DNA of 64,000 bases, taken from assembly GCF_018977255.1 (NCBI RefSeq), contig NW_024704742.1, positions 32,800,001 through 32,864,000 on the forward strand, read 5' to 3'. The translations under genes and the position numbers were made by a program. The notes beneath the pieces are model-generated. The model worked only from the letters and a program-made list of their open reading frames with translations, ran no database searches and was not told the origin of the DNA. Origin of the DNA: Callorhinchus milii (taxonomy: Eukaryota). Below are positions 1-11,400 of this stretch, one piece after another; within the stretch, counting starts at the first letter, position 1; the number at the start of each line of letters is the position of its first letter.

Positions 1-899
1 AATACACTCTGGTATCATCAACTCACGGAGAAAGTAAATGGAGGGGTGGGGGAAAATGTCTGCGTGGAGTTAAGGAACTTCTAAGGCCGCTATCGTCGTC
101 AGGTATTCTTCTCATGAATGTAAACAACAACTTGGATTTATATAGCGCCCTCCAAGCTGGACGGCGTCTCAGAGCGCTTTACAGTGACGGATCCCGGGAC
201 AGAGCCGGAGGGGGGGGGGAAGGTGACTGAAGGCGCGGTCGAAAAGAAACAAGCTTCAGTCAGATCTGTTGCCAATCAGTCCACTTGTATGGGTTGTAGT
301 CCACTTGTATGGGTTGGGATGCTGGACTCATTGAAGAAATGGCTTGAAGCTGTAATGGGAAACAGTTGGGTAGGTATTGTGGAAGGATGAGTTCCAATGA
401 GTGGAAGGGTCTTCTTCATCCAAAAACCTCTCATGATTTGATAGCGCTTCACATCTCTCTTGAGTCCTGTTGACCAACTACCCTAATGATTGGTTTACAG
501 CTGCCCTCTGGCTCTGGCTTTGGTTGCTGCGAGGAGCACAAGGTTGGTTCAGATGAAGACAGCATCCATGGCCTTATTAAAAACGCGGCCAACTTGGAAA
601 GAGAGGTGGGCAAGCAACGGACGGCTCTAACATTAGGAGTTTGTGGTGGCATTGCCAGGCACTGTGAGGGGCAGATTCCTCTGGCCAGGGGTTTGCCAGA
701 AATTAAAATACCTTCATGGCCAAAGTCAACCAAACACCAGCCCAAAAAATAGCCCAATGTCACTCGTTGCCTCCAATGGGTTTGCAGAGCGGCCGAATAA
801 GGTTGATTGTTTTTGAAACTGTGCTAAGAACAGATCCTCAAAGGACAAAAAAAAGAACAGTTTTGCAGGTTTAAATTCAAAAATATTAAATTAAGTGAC

Positions 900-1200
900 A
901 ACAAAACCCCGCCCAATTGGGCGTGAAGCCGCCCAAACCTGGACGACTTCCCCATCCCTTGTGCTGCCTGCGACTTGCCCTCACCAACATGGCGGACGGG
1001 CAGGGACGCCAGCGGCTCCGGAGCAGCCAGCGGCGTCTGGTGACGTCAGTGAGGACGCGCCGGCGCCGGACCCTCGCCGTGTACGCAAGTGAGGCTCGCG
1101 CTTTCCCGGCTGCGTCATCAACGGCCGAGCGACCAGCTCGAGCCCGGACCGTTTAACGGCTCCGAGATTTGAAAGCGACAGACAGAGGGCGAGGGAGAGA
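900..1200. promoter_or_regulatory. CpG-island promoter of TRMT10A, probably bidirectional
   Basis: CpG-rich. GC box CCCCGCCC 907-914, CCAATTGG 913-920, YY1-like AACATGGCGG 986-995, full CRE TGACGTCA 1041-1048. Plus-strand donor CAA/gtgagg at 1089; minus-strand donor TTG/gtgagg at 984. Confidence 0.75.
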
Positions 1201-1588
1201 CTGGAGGAGGGAGAGAGTAAGAGTATTTTTGTTTGGTGTCTTGAGCCATGTGTAAAGCCCAACGCCGAGAGTCATCCAAACTCAGAAGAATAGTCTTTGC
1301 ATTTGCTATGGCGCCTCAGCACGTTCATCGAGACGCCTCGAAGCGCTTCCCAGGACATCACGGAGTCATGGCGGGGCAGAAGGAGGCCATTCGGCCCATC
1401 CTGTCTGCGCCGGCTCTTCGAAAGGACCTTCCGAATGAATCCCCGCTCTCCCCCCTCCCCCCCCCACCGCGCGCTCTCCTCGCAGCCCTGCAAACGCGTC
1501 CTCCCCGGATAATGATCCGCTGTAAAGCGTAGTGACTGTGTGTTTTGCAGCCGATTGCGCCCGGCACAGCAGTGTCCCGCAAACAGTC

Positions 1589-3840
1589 GAGGGGAGGGGG
1601 GACGGGGAGGCGAGGGGGGACGGGGAGGGCGAGGGGGGACGGGGAGGGCGAGGGAGGGAGGGGGGACGAGGAGGGCGAGGGGGGACGGGGAGGGCGAGGG
1701 GGGACGGGGAGGGCGAGGGGGGACGGGGAGGCGAGGGAGGGGGGACGAGGAGGGCGAGGGGGGACGGGGAGGGCGAGGGGGACGGGGAGGGCGAGGGAGC
1801 GAGGGGGACGGGGAGGGCGAGGGAGCGAGGGGGGACGGGGAGGGCGAGGGGGACGGGGAGGGCGAGGGAGCGAGGGGGGACGGGGAGGGCGAGGGGGGAC
1901 GGGGAGGGCGAGGGAGCGAGGGGGGAGGGGGGAGGGGAGGGCGAGGGGGACGGGGAGGGCGAGGGAGGGGGGGGGACGGGGAGGGCGAGGGGGACGGGAG
2001 GGCGAGGGGGGGACGGGGAGGGGCGGGGAGGGCGAGGGAGCGAGGGGGGACGGGGAGGCGAGGGGGGACGGGGAGGGCGAGGGGGGACGGGGAGGGCGAG
2101 GGGGACGGGAGGGCGAGGGAGCGAGGGGGACGGGGAGGGCGAGGGAGGGCGAGGGGGGACGGGGAGGGCGAGGGGCGAGGGGGGACGGGGAGGGCGAGGG
2201 AGCGAGGGGGACGGGGAGGGCGAGGGGGGACGGGGAGGGCGAGGGGCGGGGACGGGGAGGGCGAGGGACGGGGAGGCGAGGGGGACGGGGGGGGAGGGGA
2301 GGGCGAGGGGCGGGGGGAGGGCGAGGGCGAGGGCGAGGCGAGGGAGGGGGGGGACGGGGAGGGCGAGGGGGAGGGCGAGGGCGAGGGAGCGAGGGGGGAC
2401 GGGGAGGGGCGAGGGGGACGGGGAGGGCGAGGGGGACGGGGGGGGGACGGGGAGGGCGAGGGGGGACGGGGAGGGCGAGGGAGCGAGGGGGGACGGGGAG
2501 GGCGAGGGGGACGGGGAGGGCGAGGGGGGGGGGGAGGGGAGGGGGGGACGGGGAGGGCGAGGGGGACGGGGAGGGCGAGGGGGACGGGAGGGCGAGGGGA
2601 GGGAGGGGAGGGCGAGGGAGGCGAGGGGGGACAGGGGGGGGAGCGGGGGGCGGGGGGAGGGCGAGGGGGACGGGGAGGGCGAGGGAGCGAGGGGGACGGG
2701 GAGGGCGAGGGGGACGGGGAGGGCGAGGGAGCGAGGGGGGACGGGGAGGCGAGGGGGGACGGGGAGGGCGAGGGGGACGGGGAGGGCGAGGGAGCGAGGG
2801 GGACGGGGAGGGCGAGGGGGGAGGGGGGGGGAGGAGCGAGGGGGGACGGGGAGGGCGAGGGGGACGGGAGGGCGAGGGAGCGAGGGGGGACGGGGGAGGG
2901 CGAGGGAGCGAGGGGGGGAGGGGAGGGGGACGGGGAGGGCGAGGGGGGAGGGGAGGGCGAGGGAGCGAGGGGGAGGGCGAGGGCGAGGGGGGACGGGGAG
3001 GGCGAGGGGGACGGGGAGGGCGAGGGAGGGAGGGGGGACGGGGAGGGCGAGGGAGCGAGGGGAGGGGAGGGCGAGGGCGAGGGGCGAGGGGGACGGGAGG
3101 GCGAGGGGAGGGAGGGGGGGACGAGGAGGGCGAGGGAGCGAGGGGGGACGGGGAGGGCGAGGGGGACGGGGAGGGCGAGGGGAGGGCGGGGGGGAGGGGG
3201 ACGAGGGGGAGGGGCGAGGGAGCGAGGGGGACGGGGAGGGCGAGGGGGGAGGGGAGGGGAGGGACGGGAGGGGAGGGGAGCGAGGGGGGACGGGGAGGGC
3301 GAGGGAGCGAGGGGGGACGGGGAGGGCGAGGGGCGAGGGAGCGAGGGGGACGGGGAGGGCGAGGGAGCGAGGGGGGACGGGGGGCGAGGGAGCGAGGGGG
3401 GACGGGGAGGGCGAGGGGGACGGGGAGGCGAGGGAGGGAGGGGGGACGGGGAGGGCGAGGGAGCGGGGGGGGGGGAGGGGGGAGGGGGGCGGGAGGGCGA
3501 GGGGAGGGGAGGGGGACGGGGAGGAGGGGAGGGAGCGAGGGGGACGGGGAGGGCGAGGGGGGACGGGGACGGGGAGGGCGAGGGGGACGGGGAGGGCGAG
3601 GGGGGACGGGAGCGGCGAGGGGGGGACGGGGAGGGCGAGGGGGACGGGGAGGGGAGGGGGGACGGGGAGGGGAGGGGAGGGGAGAGCGAGGGGGACGGGG
3701 AGGGCGAGGGAGCGAGGAGGGACGGGGAGGGCGAGGGGGGACGGGGAGGGGGGAACGAGGGGGGACGGGGAGGGGGAAGGAGTGAGGGGGGACGGGGAGG
3801 GGGGAGGGCGAGGGAGCGAGAGCGGACGGGGGAACGAGGG
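1589..3840. repeat. G-rich minisatellite, unit about GGGGGACGGGGAGGGCGA (18-19 bp) with GGGAGCGA variants
   Basis: About 2.25 kb, almost T-free and purine-dominated, in TRMT10A intron 1. Confidence 0.97.
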
Positions 3841-4336
3841 AACCTGAGGGGGAATGAAGGTCACTGGGAGAAATTCTCTTCTCGGTTCAAGTCGTGCCAT
3901 GGGGTGTTTAACGTCCTCCTGGACAGGCAGACAGGGCCTCGTTTTAACGTCTCATCCAAGGAATGGCATCTCCCTGTGGAGCACCTGCTTAGAGTTGTTG
4001 TAGGAGTGAGGAAATTACATCCTGTTAAAATGCCTGTTATTAAAGATGCCATATTTATCTTCAAGAGTGTTGACTTTACTGCAGAGATGAAGATGGCAGA
4101 AGAGGAAAATGATAACAAACATTGTTTTGAAAAATCTATTCGGGATAGTTACCGGTATCTTCATTCATTGTGTGTCAGTCTGGCTCAGCAACATGCTCAC
4201 CTCTGAGTCACAAGGTTGTTGGTTCAAGCCCTACATTGGGTTTATATAGTCATGAGCTCAATATAATCTTAAGGTGACACTCCAAAGCAGTGCTGGGGGT
4301 GTGGTGCATTGTTGGAGGTCCCGTCTACCTGTTCAG

Positions 4337-4640
4337 GTGGAGTCATGTAGCTCAGTGGTTAGAGCACTTACTTTGCAAGCGAGAGACCCGGGTTCGATTC
4401 CCAGCAGGGTGAAACCTTGGGCAAGTTTCCTTACTCCACACGTCTGATAATAATCCCTCAAAAAAAAATTGGTCATTTCAATCCACGACTGTTTGTGGGA
4501 CATTGCTGTGCGCAATTGGCTGCCGCGTTTCGCCCACAAATATACAGTCAATTCACTTTACAGTCTATTCTGTGAAGCGCTTTGAGACATCTAGAAAACA
4601 TGAAAAGCGCTATATCAAATGCAAGGATTATTATTATTAT
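4337..4640 (+). mobile_element. tRNA-Ala-derived SINE (short form), nested in an older Deu-type SINE (about 4175-4770)
   Basis: A box TAGCTCAGTGG, B box GTTCGATTC, CCTTGGGCAAGT core, L2-like tail ending (TTA)n. The host resumes with gttaaagatcccatggcact. Confidence 0.9.
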
Positions 4641-5004
4641 GTTAAAGATCCCATGGCACTTTTCCAAAAGAGAAGGGAGTTTCTCCCGGTATTCTAGCTA
4701 ACATTTCCCCCAAAATAAAATTGGGTCATTTGTTTTATTGCTGCGTGTGGGACATTGCTGTATGCAATCGGGATACCGAGTTCAGTTGGGGAGGACAAGT
4801 TTGCAGGGTTATGAGGAGAGCACGGGGGAGTGCAATTGGATGGCTCTTTTCAAAGAGATGGCACAGCAACGATGGGCCGAATGGCCTCCTCCTGTGCTGT
4901 ATAATTCAATGATTCTATGTACAAATACACAGCCACTCCATAGTAAATGCAGTGAAGTGCTTTGGGACATTCTCCTGACATGAAAGTCAACATAACAAAT
5001 GCAG

Positions 5005-5150
5005 TGATTATTATTAATTATTATTATTCAGTAATAATTATGTGTAATAATTATTATAATAATTATATAATTATACTTATAAATAACATTATAAATAAAA
5101 TATATCCATAATTATAAAATTATAATAATGATTATATAATAATTATTCAG
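5005..5150. repeat. AT-rich low-complexity (TAATTA/TTA) tract
   Basis: Extends from the (TTA)n tail of a SINE fragment. Confidence 0.8.
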
Positions 5151-5243
5151 CATTGACAGTAAATATCAAATGTTTTTCTAAAAATTCTAAATAATTATAT
5201 TATCTTTTTCAGCTTTTGAAGTGATATAAAGATTCAATTCATC

Positions 5244-5461
5244 ATGACATCTGAATCAGAGACAGAGGCTTTTGAGGGAGATGTGAATTCATGCACTAAA
5301 AAAATGAAACATGATGAAATGAGCGAGTTAAAATCAAGAGATGAAAACAAACAGCAAAAGGATAATGGTTGGACTTTAGGAGAAAATGAGAATATATCGA
5401 AAAGGCAGAGGAAGCGATTAATGAGAGAGAAACTGTGGCAGGAACAAAAAGAATTACGGAA
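5244..5461 (+). CDS. TRMT10A: TRMT10A coding exon 1
   Basis: ATG 5244, [10 protein letters not shown]...QKELRK; acceptor ttttcag 5212; donor gtaagt 5462. Confidence 0.93.
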
Positions 5462-8400
5462 GTAAGTATGGGTAGTAGAGTATGTATAATTGACTTTGTA
5501 TTAATTTCATGCAGTTTCTTCATTGTATCGTGAATTAATCCATACAACTTGATCAAGCACTCCGGGATGCTGCCCCATGTGAAGGGCGCTATATAAATGT
5601 AAGTTGTTGTTGTTTGGTTGAGTTCACAAGTTGGTAGATAATCACAGGATAGGCATAACAACAACAACATTACATTTGTAAAGCACTTTTCACATCGGGA
5701 GGACATCCCAAGGCGCTGGACAGACAGAATTTCAGACTCGAGCTGGGGGTCAGGGTCAGGGGGGGACGCAGGGAGATTGAAAGCACAGTCGAAAAGGAGG
5801 GTCTTGAGATGAGTGTTGAAGGTAGCAAGGGAGAGGTGGAGGGACTGCGGGATGGAGTGCCAGAGGGTGGGGGCAGAATGGCAGAAGGCTCACCCGCCCG
5901 CCAATAGTGGGGTGAGCGAGGCGGGGGACGTGAAGCAGACTGGAGCCTGCTGAGGGGAGGGAGCGAGCAGAATGGTAGGGGTTTAGGAGGTCGCAGAGGT
6001 AGGGGGGAGCAAGACCATGGAGGGCTTTGAAAGTGAGGACCAGAATCTTGAACTGTATCTTCTGTGAGATGCGAAGCCAATGGAGTTAGGCAAGAATGGG
6101 GGTGATAGGGTCACAGAGCCTAGTGCAGGAGAGGACAAGGGCTGCAGACTAATGCAACCAGCTAGTAAACTAGTACTCTGGTAAAAACCTTGGTATGTTT
6201 TATAACTTGACACCTCAAGGAATTACAATTAGGTCTCTTTCAGCCCCATTATAATCGTATGCATAATAATAATCCTTACAACATACTCCGCCCATCAAAC
6301 CTCTGTTTAGAGCAGTTCCATTGTGATATCAAATCCCTTCAAAATAAAATTTTAAAAAATAATAATAACTTGGTCACACAATCCACGACTGTTTGTGGGA
6401 CACTGCTGTGCATAATTGGCTGCTACATATCGCCCACAAAATACATAGTGAATTCACTTTACAGCATATTCTGTGAAGCGTTTTGAGATGTCTTAATGTG
6501 TGATAAGGCAATACCATCAAATGCAAGGATTATTATTATTATAAGGTTCACTTTCAAATATTGATATGAACATAAGCATTAATATTCTAAAAGAAAATTC
6601 CTTGTTTACCTCTCTGTCCTTCAATCCCTAATTTTCCTAGGCAAAAGCGTAAAGAGAAGAAGCTTAAACGAAAACTAGAACGTCAGTCTCAGAATGAGGA
6701 AGATAATAAAGATTCTGCCAGAAAACACTTCAAGAAAGACATCATCCCAAGCAGTGTTCGCGTTGTGCTAGATTGCAGCTTTGATAGTTTAATGGTGTTA
6801 AAGGTAAGAGTGTCACTCAGCAACAACAACAATAAAATTACATTTATAGAGCCCCTTTCACGTCGGGAGGATGACCCAAAGCGCTGAACAATCAGATGTT
6901 GGGACCTGAGCATGGGGGAGGGGTGGGGTAGGGGTGAGGGAAGGCAGAGAGGTGGGTGGGCGACCAAAGGCACGGTCGAAGAGAAGGGTCTTGAGACCGG
7001 CCTTGAAGGAGGCAAAGGAGGAAGCGAGGCGAAGGGACTGTGGGATGGAGTTCCAGAGTGGGGGCAGAGAGGCTGAAAGCTCAGCCACCGATGGTAGGGC
7101 GGGTCAGGCGGGAGACATGGAGCAGACGGGAGCCCGATGAACGGAGGGAGCGGGCAGGTTGATAGGGAGTCAGCAGATCAGCGAGATAGAAGGGGGCATG
7201 GCCATGGATGCAAGGTCATGGCAAGGCCATGGAGTTCAGCGAAGCAATAATGGGTGATTTAATGGGCAGAGAATAATAACAATAATACTCCTTACTTTGG
7301 TGTAGCGTCTTTCATGTCCGAAGGACATCCCGAAGCGCTTCATAGGATACACTGTAAAGTGTAGTGACTTTGTATTTTGGGCAAACACGACACTCAATTA
7401 GTACACAGCAGTGACCACAAACATCCATGAAATGAGTGACCAATTTTATTTGGGGGATGGTTGGTTAGGACACCGGGAGAAACTCCCTTCTCTTTTCAAA
7501 TAATAGTGGGATCTTTAATATCCATCTGAACAAGAATGATTTCTTTGAATTTTATTCCTGTGTAGTAGTATTAAATGCCCCTTCTTAAAGTTCCATTCCT
7601 GTTATGGGTATTATGCCGGCAGGGCAAAATATTGGGCAAGTTTCCTTACTCCACATGCCTCTGTTTACCTAGCAGTAAGTAGGAACCTGGTTGTTAGTCG
7701 ATTGGCGAATCGCTTTTCTGGGGGTAATAATTCCTCCAAAAAAAAATTGGATGCTGCATTTGGCCCACAAAATATACAGCTAATTCACTTCAAAGTTTAT
7801 TCTGTGAAGCAATTTGAGACGTCTTGAATACGTGATAAGATGCTATATCAAATGCAAGGATTATTATTGTTAAGAAATTGTGGAAGTTTGATGTACACAT
7901 TGCACTGTATCAGTATTTAGGGCTAACTTTTACCACGGCTTTAGTTAATGGTTTCTTTGTCTGATGCATTGTGGAACTGGATAGTGTTGTACCACTATCA
8001 ATGGTGTAGAAATGTTTATTTTAAACAATTGTGTTTTTTTCTCCTTCCTACTCCACTGTGAAAGTCTTGAGAATGTATCACTGATTCAGCAGAAGCAGCA
8101 AAATAAATATATTTAATGTTGCTTTTTTTCAAACTAGGATATCAAAAAATTGCATAAGCAAGTTCATAGGTGCTATGCAGAGAATCGTAAAGCAGCACAT
8201 CCTGTAAAGGTGAGTCTTAATTGATTTGTTTTATGTTCACAGTTAAGAACAAAAGTTGCAAAGACGAGGCTGCCATTATCTAAGTAAAAATTAAACGCTT
8301 GTAATGTGAAAATTATCACATGGATTACTCCTAAACATCTTGGGAATTAAAACAATAGTCCACAGATATATTTAAAAAAAGGGACAATGTAGTAATGGTA

Positions 8401-11400
8401 AAGCTTGCTATTAAGAAGAATGCTAGACTTTGAATAAAGGCTAGTTAGAGTTTCTCTTTCCTCGCCAGCTGATTTTGACCAGCCATAATGGGCAACTGAA
8501 GAAGAATATGGATGAGAATGAAAAAGGATGGGTCAACTGGAAGGTAGGAAAGACCTTCACACAAAACACTGTTGGGGAGAAATTCTATCTGCATGTAGAT
8601 TTGTTCTATTAATGTACCATTTCAGAGCATCCCAAATTTGGCAAATTCTTAATACAGCCTTAATTTTGAAAGTTATTTTTAAAAAAGCTATAGAAAAGCA
8701 ATTATGCATTAACAGAATTCAACAATTTGCCAAGTTTGGATGTTCTAATATTCTACTTAAAAAGTAAATCTAGATCCAGATGGAACTCATTCATTTTTCA
8801 GATGTAGATGAGTTTGATGGAATCTTTCTATCCACTGGTAATTGTGTTGCTAAAATTTTTCTTCCTTGGTTTAATGTGGAATATGAATTAACACTTCAAG
8901 AAATATTCCAGGATAAAACTTCATCTAAGAATATTTCGTTAAAATAACTTCCCACGTTTGGCAGTTCTTGAAGGATTGAAAGTGAATTTTTTTTAATTTA
9001 AGATAGCAAGAACTGTTTCTGAAACTAACAACAACTGGCATAAGATTTCCATTTCTATAGTGTTTGTGAGGCAATGATAATGGGAAATGGGACTCTAAAA
9101 TAAAAAATAATAACCTACTCTTAATCCACTGTTAAATAATATACTGAGAATACTGTTATTAGGAGAGAATATCTCAGTCATTAAGTGCTCAGACAAGCAA
9201 AGATGTTAAAAGCTGTCAGGTATGGACATATTTGTGGGTCTATTGAATATCCTGTGTGAATGCATATGGATCGAGGAAATGCTGGTACACTGAATTATGT
9301 AACTAACCATTGAAAATGTTTGTAGAAAAATGCCTAGTCTATTTTGAAAGTAAGACTAAGGAAAGGTAACTGTTACTACACTTGTAATATTTACTATACG
9401 TAATAAATGCTTGTAATATGTTCACTTTCTCAACTATGTTGCCATCTACTTTAAAGAATTAGTAGGTGAGTAAATATGAATTGTCTCCTCAAAAAGAATG
9501 AGAACATCAAAAATCTAATCACCTCTTTGTAGAAAACATCAGAATATCACTTCAGTTAATCACTTCAAAAAATTCTGGTCAGTCTACACATATTTTTTGT
9601 TCTTTGAATTTGTCCACTAGGGAATCGTTGTTACCTCAGAGCACTTCAGTGAAGCAATACAGAAAGAAGATCTGGTTTATCTCACCTCTGATTCTCCTAA
9701 TATGCTGAATGAGTTGGATGAGACCAAGGCTTACATCATTGGTGGCTTGGTGGATCACAATCACCACAAGGTATTTTATATGTATTCCACGTAGGAAAAT
9801 GACTGTGTTCTCTGATAATGAAACTAAAAGGCATGGATATAGAGGTGCATAAAGTGACATGGCATGGAAACAGGCCTCTTGACCCAACTATTTCACACGG
9901 ATATTTATACTCCATTCTCACCATCTGCAGTCCTTTTCGATTACCTTCACAAAATGATCATTTTTTCACCTTCTGGCTTTGGTCGGCACTCTATCACTCG
10001 GACACCCACAATTAAATTATGCTTTAAAGTATCCAAATCAGGCAGAGTTTCACACATGCATGGAAATTTCCCTTTGTCTGGAATAGAGTGTGCTCTCTTC
10101 CTAGAGTGATGCACCCTGCTTACCAAATCCTGGAAAGTTTTAGGCACAGGTTGATGAGTCAAGAGTTTGGGGCCCAACTCTGTGTGTTAGGTTACTGCAG
10201 GGTGGCCCACCTATAAGCAGGGTCCATAAAATTCTAGTCGGTCTTATAATAGGGCAGGATCTAAATTAGCTGCCGGTCAGTGTTTCCTCTTTGTGACGTC
10301 CCTGAATAATAATAATAATCCTTGCATTTGATATAGCACTTTTCACGTCTTCTCGACGTCTCAAAGCGCTTCACAGAATAGACTGTAAAGTGAATTGACT
10401 GTATATTTGTGGGTGAAACACGGCAGCCAATTGTGCACAGCAGTGTCCCACAAACAGTCGTGGATTGAAATGACCAATTTTATTATTTTTTTTAAGGATT
10501 ATTATTAGGCGTGTGGAGTAAGGAAACTTGCCCAAAGTTTCGCCCTGCTTAGAATCGAACCCAGGTCTCTCGCTTGCAAGGCGAATGCTCTAACCACTGA
10601 GCTTCAGGACTCCGTGCATGCAGAAAGCCATCTGTTTGACAGATGAAGCTCAGTTCATTATTACCAAGGATAAAGAATTTTAATTATGAAAAGAGATTTA
10701 ATAATAATCCTTACAATTGATGTAGTGCCTAGATCAACAACAAGAACGATGACGACTTGTATTTATATAGCGCCCTCCACGCCGAACGGCGTCTCAGAGC
10801 GCTTCACAGTAACGGGTCCCAGGGCCGAGCCACAGGGAGGGGGAGGAAGGTGACCAAAGGCGCGGTCGAAAAGAAAGGTCTTCAGCCGAGACCTGAAAAT
10901 AGGAAGAGGGGACGAGGCGAAGGGAGTGAGGAAGGGAGTTCATACACCGATTATCATAACACTGTATTTCTTTTGAATTAACTTAAATTACTGCTTTGTT
11001 GTTGTCCTGATCGATGAAGGATAACTGCTTTCCACCCCAAGTGATGAGGCAACAATCTTAGGGCAAACGGCACCTAAGCAGATCGGAAGAATGTTAAACT
11101 GTCTCTAGTATAGTACAAAGCTACTACAAACTGGCACTACATTGGCGATCTCACTTAACAGCAGTTTCTTATTCCCTCTAGAGGATGATAAAGCTACCTG
11201 CATTTACTAATTGAAAACGGTTTTCCATTTAAAGTGCACTTACCAGTTTAGTGTCTTCTGTAAACTTGGATATACACCTCTCTATTCCTGTATCTGGGTC
11301 ATTTATATGTATATAGTGAAGAGCTGAAGCCGCAGTACCAATCTATATCAGAGCATTATACCAACCAAATAATATTACTTGTATCCCAGCTTTCTGCCTC

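Noticed and set aside
278..317. Short tandem duplications (also 40462-40500) and a 9-bp hairpin at 31504-31529
   Set aside because: Ordinary slippage or chance-level structures with no supporting context.
1..890. MTTP coding exon expected from synteny
   Set aside because: No MTTP-like signal peptide or coding sequence recognisable on the minus strand in this interval.
1366..4206. ORFs of 746-888 aa, Gly/Arg/Glu-rich or Pro-rich, on both strands
   Set aside because: They result from a nearly T-free minisatellite with no stop codons; open in several frames, no domain content.
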